Shown piece by piece: positions 20,122-30,498 of a stretch of DNA of 64,000 bases. A program made the translations under genes and the position numbers. How positions within the stretch are numbered: the first letter of the stretch is position 1; each line of letters starts with the position of its first letter. The stretch is from contig CAWFGO010000002.1 in the NCBI GenBank assembly GCA_963815455.1, positions 416,001 to 480,000 of the forward strand. Direction: 5' to 3'. Origin of the DNA: an uncultured Verrucomicrobiae bacterium (lineage in GTDB: Bacteria > Verrucomicrobiota > Verrucomicrobiia > Chthoniobacterales > UBA10450). Below the pieces are notes generated by a model that was not told where the DNA came from, made no database searches, and was given only the letters and a program-made list of their open reading frames with translations.

Positions 20122-21015
20122 TCAAGCGGGCTGCGCGTCCGGTGCAGGTCCAGGCAACGTCGCTTGGCGTCTGCGTTCGCGCTCACGACCAAGGATGGAG
20201 TTCAACTTGCCGCCCAGCAGCAGCAATAAACAGGTCAGATACATCCAGGTCAGCAACATGATGATGGAGGCCAATGCCAGATAGGTCGGGTTGTACCGAT
20301 TATATTTGGCGACGTAGAATTGAAATAACTTCGTCACCAGGATCCAGCCGACGGAGAAGAAAATCGCTCCGGGAAGCGCCTGGCGAAGAGTAAGATAATT
20401 CTCGGGCGTAAATAAATACAACATCAGGGCAAGACCGACCAGAGCCACAGCCGTTAACGGGAGATTCAACGCCGCAATCCATGCCTGCAACGGAACGGTG
20501 AGCTGGAAATTGACCTCGGCCACACCCGCGAGCCGTTCGCCGAAGACGATGGCGTTAAAGGAAATGAGGATGATGATGGCGAACCAGAAAAGCATGAAAA
20601 ACGAAATGATGTATTTGGACCACCAATGTCGATCCTCATGAACGCCGTGGGTCTGGCTCAACGCGCGGGAAATGGTCGCGATGAAGACGGTCCCGAAATA
20701 AATCCCCAAAATGATGCCGACATTGGCCAGCAGTCCGCTCGAACCGGTTACCACCACGCTGGCCACCGCAGTATCGAGAATGTCCTGTACTTTCGGATCG
20801 GGCGGCATAAAACTCTTCAAAACGAGAAACATCCCATGCAGCTTTGCCGGGTCGGTCCCGAACAAGCCGAGGAGATGCCAGAGAAACAGCAGGCCGGGAG
20901 CGAGAGCGAACAGGAGCAGATAAGCCATTTGCGCAGCCAGCCCGGTGGTGGTGTCGGTGGCCGTTTCCCAAACCAGACGGCGCAAAACGCGCCAGATAAA
21001 TCCGAGATACTTCAT
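20122..21015 (-). CDS. YihY/virulence factor BrkB family membrane protein
   Basis: LAAQMAYLLLFALAP, ALPGA, Y..LASIIMLLTWMYL. Confidence 0.9.
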   Translation of the reverse strand: MKYLGFIWRVLRRLVWETATDTTTGLAAQMAYLLLFALAPGLLFLWHLLGLFGTDPAKLHGMFLVLKSFMPPDPKVQDILDTAVASVVVTGSSGLLANVGIILGIYFGTVFIATISRALSQTHGVHEDRHWWSKYIISFFMLFWFAIIILISFNAIVFGERLAGVAEVNFQLTVPLQAWIAALNLPLTAVALVGLALMLYLFTPENYLTLRQALPGAIFFSVGWILVTKLFQFYVAKYNRYNPTYLALASIIMLLTWMYLTCLLLLLGGKLNSILGRERERRRQATLPGPAPDAQPA

Positions 21016-21071
21016 CCCGCGTCAGAGTTTACTTTGCCGGAGACAAATATCCATTAAACTTGCGGCGTTGT

Positions 21072-21146
21072 TGTAGCCGCCCCGCTCTGTCGGGGCGGTG
21101 CGAGAGCCGCACCAGCATTTCACGGCGACAGAGCGCCGTGGCTGCA
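21072..21146. repeat. GTAG-type REP doublet (REPIN-like)
   Basis: tgtagccgccccgctctgtcggggcgg...cacggcgacagagcgccgtggctgca; similar elements at 22310-22389, 23260-23334, 29710-29771, 56905-56958 and 63790-63849. Confidence 0.75.
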
Positions 21147-21165
21147 ACGTCTTATTTGCCTAACG

Positions 21166-22314
21166 ATGCGCGTGAAAAAAATCCTGATCCTCACGACCGG
21201 TTTTGGTGAAGGACATAACGCCGCTGCGCGTGGTATTCGGGATGGATTGAGCAGGGTTGCCTCCGACCAAGCCAAAGTCGAAGTGCACGATCTGCTGGCC
21301 ACGACGTATCCGATCCTGTTCAAAGTCATTCTCAAGAGTTACCTCGCAATCGTCAATCGCGTGCCGTGGGTCTGGGGCTATTTTTATCGCTGGCTTCAGA
21401 AAAAGGAAGATTACGCCGGGGAGATTCGGAAATTCGGACGTCTGCGGGCGCAATTCGCCTCCCTGCTCGATCGTTTTCAACCGGATGTCGTCGTTTCGGT
21501 TTTCCCAACGTATCCCTATGTGCTCGACGAGATCCAGGGAGCGAACAAGAAATGCAAAAGTGTCGTCGTAATTACGGACTCGATCACCGTCAACAAAGTC
21601 TGGTACCGCTCAGAGGCCGACTGTTTTCTGGTGCCGAACGAACAAAGCGCCGAAATTTTACGGGCGGACGGAGTCGCGCCGGAAAGGATCAAGACGACTG
21701 GGTTTCCCGTGAGTCCGAAATTTGCCGATCTGCCGCAGGATCCGCCTCCGCCAGGCTCCGGCGTGACAAGTCGACAACCTCCTTCCATGTCCGCTCGGCG
21801 CGTTCTTTATATGATCAACGCCGGCACCCGAAGCGCGCCGGGGTTGGTGGATAAACTGCTTGATCTGGAGATCGATCTGACCGTGACGGTGGGTCGGAAT
21901 CAGAATCTGCGATACGCCATCGAAGCAGTCGCGCGGAATCGCAAGAGCCGCCTCCGCCAAGGCTACGGCGGCCAGGTCGACATTGTCGGCTGGACCGACC
22001 AGCTCCCGCGCATGCTTGGCCAAAGCCATTTGCTGATCGGCAAGGCCGGCGGCGCGACCGTGCAGGAAACGATCGCGGCTCGTTGTCCGATGATTATTAA
22101 TCACATCGTATCGGGCCAGGAGGAAGGGAACGCGTTGTTAATCGAGCAGACAAACTCCGGCGTGATCGCTCTCTCACAAGACGAAGTCGTCTCCCAGGTC
22201 CAACGGGCATTCGCCGATGAGGCGAAGCAATGGCGCGAATGGTCGGCGAACATCAGCAAACTAAGCCGGCCGCGCGCTTCCATCGACATCGCCGAATTCC
22301 TAATGTCGTTGTAG
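21166..22314 (+). CDS. MGDG synthase/UgtP-like diacylglycerol glycosyltransferase
   Basis: GFGEGHNAAA, PDVVVSVFP, VVITD, GFPV, IGKAGGATVQE, GQEEGNA. Confidence 0.9.
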   Translation: MRVKKILILTTGFGEGHNAAARGIRDGLSRVASDQAKVEVHDLLATTYPILFKVILKSYLAIVNRVPWVWGYFYRWLQKKEDYAGEIRKFGRLRAQFASLLDRFQPDVVVSVFPTYPYVLDEIQGANKKCKSVVVITDSITVNKVWYRSEADCFLVPNEQSAEILRADGVAPERIKTTGFPVSPKFADLPQDPPPPGSGVTSRQPPSMSARRVLYMINAGTRSAPGLVDKLLDLEIDLTVTVGRNQNLRYAIEAVARNRKSRLRQGYGGQVDIVGWTDQLPRMLGQSHLLIGKAGGATVQETIAARCPMIINHIVSGQEEGNALLIEQTNSGVIALSQDEVVSQVQRAFADEAKQWREWSANISKLSRPRASIDIAEFLMSL

Positions 22315-22410
22315 TCGAGGGCGGTGACCTCGGCTGTTTCCAAATAGCGGCGCGCTCTATCCGGGCCGCGGTCGGCGCCCGCGGCTACAGCGGCCCGTTA
22401 CGGGGAACGC

Positions 22411-23116
22411 TCAGGCTCGCTTGTGTGCGAATTGGCGACGGCAAATGACCAAGCCGAGTAGACTGAGCCCCAAAAGGGCAACAGATGAGCCATTGTCCGG
22501 AACCGATGGGACGGCCGTTCCCGACACCGTGAAATTATCAACTCGGCTGGTGCCAGCGGTACCAACGGTTCCTCCACCAGCACTGGTCGTACTCTGGTCT
22601 CTCAAGCGGAAATACACAGCTGAAGTATCGTTCAACGCGGCAATTGAGCTCAGATCAGCTGTGAACGTCGAGCCCGCCATGTAAGTACCCGAACTCCAAG
22701 CAATAAGCGGAATTCCATAATTAGCACCAAATTGCGTAAAAGTACCTCCCATCGGTACTCCAATATAGTCCAAAGCTTCCAGGCCCGGTGCTGCTGCTGG
22801 TTTGGTCCCATGAGAGCATTATATCTTGGAAACCAGTCGTGCTGACCTGAAATTGCCAATAATCGCCAACGCCCCAATTATTCGAACTCCAGGAATTTGC
22901 CGAACCGTTCCCAGCTGGCGTTGTCCAATCCGTCAACCCGCTCGCATGAAGCCCGGTCCCGGTTCCGCTTCCGACGTCGGCCATCGTGGACTGCGTGGTT
23001 GAGTCAGATAGATCGGCGGGCGTATTTGTCTCAAAGGTCCACTGGCCCATGGTGGCAGCAAAGACGTGAGCTGAAAATCCGAAAACGACGGCAATTACAC
23101 AAAGAAGCTTCTTCAT
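22411..23116 (-). CDS. VPDSG/PEP-CTERM-type sorted surface protein (one frameshift near 22745)
   Basis: Signal peptide MKKLLCVI (ATG 23116); ORFs join at ...WSTDG/GTFTQF; tail VPDNGSSVALLGLSLLGLVICRR. Confidence 0.82.
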
Positions 23117-23330
23117 TGTATCGTCGATGTTGACAGCATATATTATGCACGACAATGCATGTTTACCCTCAACTTCCTACTATTCAATTGCTTAGGACGG
23201 CATTTAGTCTGACGTCAAGTTTGAAACGCTCCTAATTTCGTAAAGTATTCCGACGATCTTGTGGGGCCGACGATCTCCCACATTTGGCAAATGCCGAACA
23301 GTGACGCTACGCTTCGCACCGGCAAGCCGC

Positions 23331-24509
23331 CTACAGTGCCCAAATCTGATCGCTGGCCAAGAATGTCCGCAATACATCCAGTTCTGGCGAAAGAACGACC
23401 AGGTCTGCATCTGCGCCGATGGCGAAACGGCCCTTACTCTTGAGGCCGACGGCGTCGGCAGGGTTTTCTGTGGCCATCGCGACGGCTTCGTGCAATGGAA
23501 CATCGACATCGCGTACTATTGTTCGAACCAAATCGATCATGCGCGATGCGCTGCCAGCGAGTGCGGAGTGATCGGCCAGTAAACAGACGCCGGATTCGAC
23601 GATGCAATCCGTTTCATAAAGCTTGAACTTCGAGCCATCGGGCAAACCGGCGCCGGGGGTGGCGTCGGTGACGAGTGAGATTCCGGATGCGCCCTTCGCT
23701 CGATACAACATTTTCATCAGCGTCGGCGACACGTGATGGCCGTCGGCGATCAGTTCGCAATTGACGTCCGGTTCGCTCATGGCGAACTCGAGTAATCCAG
23801 CGACGCGATAGATACCGCGGCGGCGCGCACTCGACATGCAGTTGAAGGTGTGGGTGACACTACGCATCCCGTGCGTGAACGCTGCACGCGCTTCTTCGTC
23901 CCAGGCGTCGCTGTGGCCGCCGCTAATGCTCACACCACGCGAATGAAATTTTTCGATGGCATCGAGCGCTCCAGGCAATTCCGGCGCGATGGTGATGCGC
24001 TTGATCACATCGACATGTTCGAGCAATTGACCAACCACTTCCGGAGTAGGGTCGCAGATAAATTCTTCGCGTTGGGCGCCGCGTTTCGTTTTTGAAATGA
24101 ACGGGCCTTCGACGTGAACGCCGGCGATTTGTGGAACCGAGGATCGACCCGCCTTCGCCGAGGCTACAACGGGCAGGCATTCGCGCACCGTAGTCAAAAC
24201 GTCGACGATCTTATCCAGCGGTGCGGTTGCAGTTGTCAGCAGGAGCGATGTCGTGCCGCCGCTGGCGTGATAATCACAAATGGCGCGAAACGCTTCCGGC
24301 GAGGCCTCCATCGTGTCGCGGCCGACTGCTCCGTGCACATGCAGATCGATAAATCCGGGCGCCAGATAATTTCCGCCAAGATCGACAACGTCCTTTCCAC
24401 TCCGATCAGTTTGCGGTCGCAGTTCCGCAATTTTTCCCGCTTCGACAACGAGCTCGAGACCATCGCGGATCCCGTCGGGGAAAATGCAACGCGCGTTTCG
24501 AAGGATCAT
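23331..24509 (-). CDS. nagA: N-acetylglucosamine-6-phosphate deacetylase
   Basis: PGFIDLHVHG, HVEGPF, TIAPE, GHSDA, THTFNCM, IADGHH, LVTDA, LAGS. Confidence 0.95.
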   Translation of the reverse strand: MILRNARCIFPDGIRDGLELVVEAGKIAELRPQTDRSGKDVVDLGGNYLAPGFIDLHVHGAVGRDTMEASPEAFRAICDYHASGGTTSLLLTTATAPLDKIVDVLTTVRECLPVVASAKAGRSSVPQIAGVHVEGPFISKTKRGAQREEFICDPTPEVVGQLLEHVDVIKRITIAPELPGALDAIEKFHSRGVSISGGHSDAWDEEARAAFTHGMRSVTHTFNCMSSARRRGIYRVAGLLEFAMSEPDVNCELIADGHHVSPTLMKMLYRAKGASGISLVTDATPGAGLPDGSKFKLYETDCIVESGVCLLADHSALAGSASRMIDLVRTIVRDVDVPLHEAVAMATENPADAVGLKSKGRFAIGADADLVVLSPELDVLRTFLASDQIWAL

Positions 24510-24682
24510 GAGTCCAACGCTCAACGCTCAACCCAGCCTTCGCAAGGCTTCCGCCTTCGCAACGCTTCGGCGTGACAAGCCGGCGCGGCAGGCGTCCAAC
24601 TCCGACATTCGTCGCGAGCAGGCGTTCAATGTGAGGGAACTGCATTGCCTTTGGGCGACGCAAAGTCCATCCTCTTATTGTG

Positions 24683-26233
24683 ATGGAACTTGATTACGAT
24701 GCCGTGATCATCGGCGGCGCGTTTTCGGGCGCGGCGACGGGATTAATGCTCAAACGGAAACGGCCGGAGACGCGCGTTCTGATCATAGAGAAGACGGCCG
24801 AGTTCGATCGCAAAGTGGGCGAATCGACCACCGAGGTGAGCAGTTGTTATATGACGCGAATCCTCGGCCTGACCCATTATCTGGGTCATCATCAACTGGC
24901 CAAACAGGGGTTGCGGCTGTGGTTTTCGAATCGACCGGATCAACCCTTCGAGGATTGCGTCGAGGTCGGCTCATTTTATCAGAGCCGGTTACCGGGATTT
25001 CAAGTCGATCGGGCCAAGCTGGATTCGCACATGCTCGACCTGGCAGTGCAGGCTGGTTGCGATCTGTGGCGACCGGCCAAGGTCGCAAGCTGCGAGCTGA
25101 ATGGCTCAGCCGGCCAGAGCGTGAGCGCGGTTGTCGATGGCGATGAGCGTAGCGCTCGTTGCCGTTGGGTTGTCGATGCAACTGGCCGCGCAACGATGCT
25201 CGCGCGAAAGCTCGGCCATTTCCGTCCGAACACCGAGCACCCGATCAATGCTGTCTGGGCCCGGTTCACCGGAGTGAAACAGTGGGAAGGTTACGAATCG
25301 CGGGAACGCTTTCCCGATTACGCCAAGAGTTGTTATACGAGCCGCGAATGGGCGACGAATCATTTGATGGGTCGCGGTTGGTGGGTCTGGATCATTCCGT
25401 TGCAAGGCGGCGACGTCAGCGCGGGCATCGTTTACGACAGCCGCATTTTCAAGCTTCCCGAAGGACCGAGCCTGAGCCAACGGTTGCATGCGCACATTCT
25501 CGGGCATCCGGTTGGCCGCGAGATTTTTGGCGCGGCGCGGATCATCGAAGGCGATGTGCACGCTTTGTCGAACTTGACTTACCACAGCGAGAAAGTTTGC
25601 GGCAACGGCTGGGCTGCGGTGGGTGACGCGACCGGTTTCATCGACCCGCTTTACAGTCCGGGCCTCGATTTTTGTTCCTACACATCCTTCTATGTGGCCG
25701 ATCTGCTCGCGAAAAGTCTGGCCGGCCAGGATGTCGCCGAACAACTTGCTTATTATAACGAGCAATATCCGGTGACTTACCGCCGCTGGTTCGAGAGCCT
25801 GTACAAGGACAAATATTATTACATGGGCGACGCCGAGTTGATGTCAGCCGCGCTCCTTCTCGATGTCAGCTCCTACTATCTCGGGCTTGTTAGGGCGGCC
25901 TATCGCGATCCGGAGTGTCAATTTCTCAATCTGCCCTTCACCGGCCGTGGCGGCCGCATCGCAGCGACTTTGATGAGCTTTTACGGACGGCGTCTAGTGA
26001 CGCTGGCCAACCGCCGATGGGCGGCCGGAGTTTATGGCAAACGCAATAACGGCTGGCGCGAGCTCTATGATGGATTTGTTCCCGACACCCGGATCCGAAA
26101 ACAAATCTGGAAAGGGCTCCGGCGTTGGTGGAAATGCGAGCTCGTTAATCTTTGGCTGATGCTCACTCCGAAGGCGCGAGTGACGTCGGGCGAACCATCC
26201 GCGACTGCTCCCGCAGAGACGTGCCAGGTCTAA
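24683..26233 (+). CDS. Flavin-dependent halogenase-like FAD oxidoreductase
   Basis: IIGGAFSG, KVGES, WVWIIP (WxWxIP), GDATGFIDPLYSPG. Confidence 0.85.
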   Translation: MELDYDAVIIGGAFSGAATGLMLKRKRPETRVLIIEKTAEFDRKVGESTTEVSSCYMTRILGLTHYLGHHQLAKQGLRLWFSNRPDQPFEDCVEVGSFYQSRLPGFQVDRAKLDSHMLDLAVQAGCDLWRPAKVASCELNGSAGQSVSAVVDGDERSARCRWVVDATGRATMLARKLGHFRPNTEHPINAVWARFTGVKQWEGYESRERFPDYAKSCYTSREWATNHLMGRGWWVWIIPLQGGDVSAGIVYDSRIFKLPEGPSLSQRLHAHILGHPVGREIFGAARIIEGDVHALSNLTYHSEKVCGNGWAAVGDATGFIDPLYSPGLDFCSYTSFYVADLLAKSLAGQDVAEQLAYYNEQYPVTYRRWFESLYKDKYYYMGDAELMSAALLLDVSSYYLGLVRAAYRDPECQFLNLPFTGRGGRIAATLMSFYGRRLVTLANRRWAAGVYGKRNNGWRELYDGFVPDTRIRKQIWKGLRRWWKCELVNLWLMLTPKARVTSGEPSATAPAETCQV

Positions 26234-26247
26234 GGTAGGATCGACAT

Positions 26248-27210
26248 ATGCAGCAGGCGCCAGTGGCAACGGGATTTATCAGCGACCCTCAACCGAGTTC
26301 GCCTCGGTTTGCTGTTCGCGGCGTTTTTTGGCGAAACGCTCTCGATTGGGGCGTTGTGAATATCCCGGCCGCCCTTCATCCTTTCTTCATCGCGTTCTGG
26401 ACCCTCTTTTTTTTCTTCTTCGCCGCGCCGGCGCGCAAAGCGGTCCATCGCCATCTCGCCATCATTTTGCCCGGCTCGTCACGCTTGGTGAATTATCTCC
26501 GCGCTTTTCGCGTCTTCTACAACTTTGCCTGGTCGCTGACCGATGCCGCCGCGTTTCGATTGCTTAAGGCGACGTTCACTTACGAGCTCGTGGGAGAAAC
26601 CTTTCTAAATGAGCTGACTGCGGCCGAACGCGCGATCATCCTCACAGCCCACATGGGTAGCTACGATTTGGGCGCAGCGGTGTTTGCCGACCGATTCAAA
26701 CGCGAAATCAGAATGATCCGGGCGCCGGAGCCCGATGAAATGGCCGCTCATCATGTCGATCTTTCCATCGAACAATCGAGCAGTGGTGGCGTTAGGATCG
26801 ATTACAACACGGTGGGGACATCCCTATCGTTCGATCTTTTGGCCGCGCTGCGGGCCGGCCAGGTTATCTCCATTCAGGGCGATCGTGTCGTGGGCGACGT
26901 TGCCCGCTCCGTCATCAAACTTTTTGGCCGGGACGTGCTTTTGCCCACTGGGCCATTCGTGCTTTCGCTCGTGGCCGACACTTCGATCTACCCGCTATTC
27001 ATCGTTCGCGATGGATTTCGACGATACAAGATCATTGCGTACGCACCGATCCGATGCGGCAAGGATCGTTCGCGCGAAATAGAAATCGCAGCGGCGTTGC
27101 AGGACTGGTCGCAAGTTCTCGAAGAAACGATCAGTGGCCACTGGCAGCAATGGTACGCCTTCACGCCAGTGTTCGATGGCCAATCGGTGGCCGAGCGGGT
27201 TAGAGATTAA
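26248..27210 (+). CDS. LpxL-like lipid acyltransferase
   Basis: ILTAHMGSYDL, ISIQGDR, LPTGPF, QWY.F. Confidence 0.85.
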   Translation: MQQAPVATGFISDPQPSSPRFAVRGVFWRNALDWGVVNIPAALHPFFIAFWTLFFFFFAAPARKAVHRHLAIILPGSSRLVNYLRAFRVFYNFAWSLTDAAAFRLLKATFTYELVGETFLNELTAAERAIILTAHMGSYDLGAAVFADRFKREIRMIRAPEPDEMAAHHVDLSIEQSSSGGVRIDYNTVGTSLSFDLLAALRAGQVISIQGDRVVGDVARSVIKLFGRDVLLPTGPFVLSLVADTSIYPLFIVRDGFRRYKIIAYAPIRCGKDRSREIEIAAALQDWSQVLEETISGHWQQWYAFTPVFDGQSVAERVRD

Positions 27211-28294
27211 CCAGACTAAGGTACCAATGCACAAACGCGTCTCCGAAGAACATCCAGGTTAGCGCGCCAAACGCAAGGTATGGACCGAACGGAAGTTTCG
27301 CCGACCAGACGCGTTTGCCGACCAACAGCGTCAGTAATCCGACGAGCGATCCCAGAAGCGAGCCGGCAAAAACGCTGAACAAGACCGCGCGCCATCCCAG
27401 AAATGCGCCAATCGCGGCGAGAAATTTCAAGTCGCCGCGGCCCATGGCTTCGCGAGGAATTTGAAGTTCGCTCACCACGCCGGAGATGTGGTCCACATCA
27501 TCGAGCAACATCTCCCGGCCTTCGACGGAGACACGATTGTAGTGGAATTCCAAAGTCGTATTGCCAAATGTGTGATTGTCGATCATGGCTTCATCGCACT
27601 GGAGCAACAGCCGGTCCGTCTCGCGCGCGAAATAGTCGCTCCAAAGGCTCTGTTCGCTGCCAACCGCAAACTCGGCATCTTCACCCTGGCGTTTCCAGGT
27701 AAATTGCGTCGGAGCTTCGAGCCGAATCCTTTTCTTTCCGAAGGCCACCTTCCCAGCCTCCAGAACGAGCAGGAGAATCACATAACCGAGCGCGGCGGCG
27801 AGAACGGATCGAATTAATGCCGCGACGCGGGAATCGGTCTCCATCAATCCCGGAACGGTCAGGCTGGCCACGATTCCCGCAACCGTGCCGCCGATTGTTA
27901 TTTGATCGGGAATGATGAAATGCTCGAGATCGACAAAAGTTCCCACGATGATGAGAGCAACGAACACCCAATAGGCGAGCGCCATGGGCCACGGAAACGT
28001 TTGCCAGATCACCAGAAACAGGAGCGCGGTGAGCAATTCAACGGCAAAATAGCGAAAGGAGATTCTGGCTCCGCAGTTTGCGCAACGGCCGCGGAGGACC
28101 AGCCAACTAACCAGAGGCAGATTTCGATGCCAGAGAATCGGTTGTTTGCAGCTCGGACAAAACGAGCGGCGCGGTTTGTTGATCGAAAGATCGAGTGGCA
28201 GGCGATAAATGCATACATTCAAGAACGACCCGACCACAGCGCCCAGAATGAAGGCGAAAACACCGAATAGAACTTGATAGGAGGATTCGTCCAC
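27200..28294 (-). CDS. Prepilin peptidase (A24) with internal insertion
   Basis: GSFLNVCIYRLP, CPSC...CANC, DLEHFIIPD, MGRGDLK, LPFGPYL. Confidence 0.93.
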   Translation of the reverse strand: MDESSYQVLFGVFAFILGAVVGSFLNVCIYRLPLDLSINKPRRSFCPSCKQPILWHRNLPLVSWLVLRGRCANCGARISFRYFAVELLTALLFLVIWQTFPWPMALAYWVFVALIIVGTFVDLEHFIIPDQITIGGTVAGIVASLTVPGLMETDSRVAALIRSVLAAALGYVILLLVLEAGKVAFGKKRIRLEAPTQFTWKRQGEDAEFAVGSEQSLWSDYFARETDRLLLQCDEAMIDNHTFGNTTLEFHYNRVSVEGREMLLDDVDHISGVVSELQIPREAMGRGDLKFLAAIGAFLGWRAVLFSVFAGSLLGSLVGLLTLLVGKRVWSAKLPFGPYLAFGALTWMFFGDAFVHWYLSLVNL

Positions 28295-28298
28295 GGGA

Positions 28299-29081
28299 TC
28301 AGCCGGCGATGGATTTCGATCTGCGCCGCTCCATCAGCCACGCGATCCAGACGCAACTTTCGTAGAGCAAACACATGGGAAGACCCATTGCGATCAAGGT
28401 CAGCACATCGGGGGTGGGCGTGATGATAGTGGCCGCGACAAAGATGAGCACGATCGCGTAGGGGCGAGTGCGCGCCATGAATCTGTAAGTGAGCAATCCG
28501 AAACGGACCAGGGCCAGAACAACCACGGGCAATTCGAAAGCGAGACCGAAACCGAGGGTGAATCGCGTCACGAACGAATAATACTGCTGCACCGTCCAGG
28601 TCGGCGCCCACCCGAGCGACTCGGTGTCGCGAAAGAAAAAAAGGATCGTCTTCGGCAACAGCCAGAAGTAGCAGACCATCACCCCGAGGAGGAACAGCCC
28701 AAAACTGACAAAAATCGCCGGGAGCAGGAAACGTTTCTCCACCGTGGTGAGCGCGGGCAAAACAAACTCGGCCACAAAATAGAGAAGCAACGGAAAGGAG
28801 ATAACGATTCCGGCATAGAATGCCAGATGAAACGAAATCATGATCGAATCCGTAATACCAAGGGCCTTTAGCGTTCCGATTTGCGAACCGACTTCCTGCA
28901 AAGGCGCCTGCATGATGCGGACGAGACTCGATCGGAAGGCGAAGCAGAATATCATCGCCACAACGAGCGTGATCGAGATCTTCACGATGGTCCATCGCAG
29001 GTCCTCGAGATGCTCCAGAAACGGTTTGGACGTTTCGCTCTCGGCCAGCTCACGAAATTTAAAAATGTTCCGCAGGGCCAT
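28299..29081 (-). CDS. tatC: Twin-arginine translocase subunit TatC
   Basis: PFLEHLEDLR, FVLPAL...EKR, FGLAFELP, IITPTPD. Confidence 0.95.
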   Translation of the reverse strand: MALRNIFKFRELAESETSKPFLEHLEDLRWTIVKISITLVVAMIFCFAFRSSLVRIMQAPLQEVGSQIGTLKALGITDSIMISFHLAFYAGIVISFPLLLYFVAEFVLPALTTVEKRFLLPAIFVSFGLFLLGVMVCYFWLLPKTILFFFRDTESLGWAPTWTVQQYYSFVTRFTLGFGLAFELPVVVLALVRFGLLTYRFMARTRPYAIVLIFVAATIITPTPDVLTLIAMGLPMCLLYESCVWIAWLMERRRSKSIAG

Positions 29082-29089
29082 GAGATCGA

Positions 29090-29701
29090 TTAGCCGGGCG
29101 CGAGGGAAATGAAACCGTGCGCGGCCAGTCGCGCACAGATTGCCAGCGTATTTGCGTCGCGAATTTCATTCTCGGCAATCATCCGGCGAATCTCGGCGAC
29201 GCTAAACGCTCTGCAATCGACGATCGATTCCGTTTCGTCCTGCCCGTTTCCGTCCGCGCAGCGCTCGACCGGCTTGGCCAAAAAAAGATAACCGTGTTCA
29301 TCGGTAAACCCGGGCGATGAAAAATAAAAGCCGAGCGCAATTAGTTCGCCGTCCGCCGTCAGCTCATAGCCGGCCTCCTCTCGAAGCTCGCGCAAGGCCA
29401 CTTCCTTGGCGGATTCCTCGCCGCGCGGGCCGAAATCAGCGATCCCGGCTACAGCGTTGTCGATCTGGCCCGCAGGCATTTCCCAGATCGCCGCGCGAAT
29501 CGGCACGCGTTCCTGTCGAATCAGCACGATTTTTCCGTCGCCCGTCATTGGCGCAATAATAACGGCCGCTTTCCGGCGCACGATTGTCCACGAGCGCGGC
29601 TTGGAGCGGGCTGGCGATTGGACCTGCTCGGTCGCGACCTCGAGATGCGAATTGGCGAAATGCCGTTCGCTCGAAATTATTTTCCAGCCGGTCTCGTTCA
29701 C
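29090..29701 (-). CDS. NUDIX hydrolase (ADP-ribose pyrophosphatase-like)
   Basis: WEMPAGQID...ALRELREEAGY, SPGFTDE; the Nudix box is interrupted by an in-frame insertion. Confidence 0.88.
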   Translation of the reverse strand: MNETGWKIISSERHFANSHLEVATEQVQSPARSKPRSWTIVRRKAAVIIAPMTGDGKIVLIRQERVPIRAAIWEMPAGQIDNAVAGIADFGPRGEESAKEVALRELREEAGYELTADGELIALGFYFSSPGFTDEHGYLFLAKPVERCADGNGQDETESIVDCRAFSVAEIRRMIAENEIRDANTLAICARLAAHGFISLAPG

Positions 29702-29794
29702 GCCGCAAGTGTAGTGGCGGGCGTGTCGCCCGCAAAAATTTTAAATTGCGGCCGACAGGTGTCCGCCTCTATCCCAATTTGGCTCGATTGCGAC

Positions 29795-29807
29795 AACTTT
29801 GTGCTTG
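29795..29807 (+). promoter_or_regulatory. Conserved 13-mer AACTTTGTGCTTG upstream of precursor 1
   Basis: Identical copies on the minus strand at 40063-40075 and 40591-40603; each lies 36-37 nt before an ATGAAAAC start. Confidence 0.8.
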
Positions 29808-29844
29808 ATCACTGATAGGCAACGGGGGCAAAAAGGGAACCGCC

Positions 29845-30475
29845 ATGAAAACTTCCTCCAAACAGCTTGTCATGATCGCGGGGCTATTGATGGTCCTGAC
29901 AATAATTGCAATCGCGGCAGCTAAACACGACAAGACCGGCAAGGTGACGTTTCGAGATTCGATGACTGTGATCATTCATCCCGGCACGAACATTTCAAAG
30001 CCGGATGAGAAAGCGCTCAACGACGTTCTGAAACATTACGATAAGTCGGTTTATAGGATCGAGACATATCAGAAGGGCAAACGCAAGAAAACGAAAGGTC
30101 AACTGATCGACATGTACATCGACAAAGCCACGGCGGCTGAGGTGAGCCGATTCCGAATTGGCTGGTCGTTCGATCAAGACGATTCAGTGCATCGGGCTCA
30201 CCTCACCTTCCTCGGTAAGTATGGGCAAGCCGGAAGCCGCTGCCTCCCCTACTTCGGTAAGCACTTCCGCGAAGAGCGCTGCCCCAGAGGCTGAGGCATC
30301 GCCTACGTCCGTCAGTTCAAATAAACCCAAGCCTTCTTTCTCACCGACTTCGGTTAGCCGGCCCCCGGACGACCCAAGACCTTCATCAGTAAGCAAGCCG
30401 CCAAAAATTTCCGAAGAAGAAGCCAAGGAACTGGTAAAACGCATCAAACCAATCCTGGAAAAATACAGTAAGTAG
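29845..30475 (+). CDS. Secreted precursor-like protein with five P[ST]SVS repeats (frameshift near 30145)
   Basis: Signal peptide MKTSSKQLVMIAGLLMVLTIIAIAAA; second frame gives SPSSVS, SPTSVS x3, RPSSVS and the C-terminal helix EAKELVKRIKPILEKYSK. Confidence 0.75.
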
Positions 30476-30498
30476 GCAGCGCATTTGCAAAACAGAGT

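Noticed and set aside
30200..30400. PTSVS repeats as a DNA tandem repeat or CRISPR
   Set aside because: Conservation is at the amino-acid level with synonymous variation and irregular spacing.
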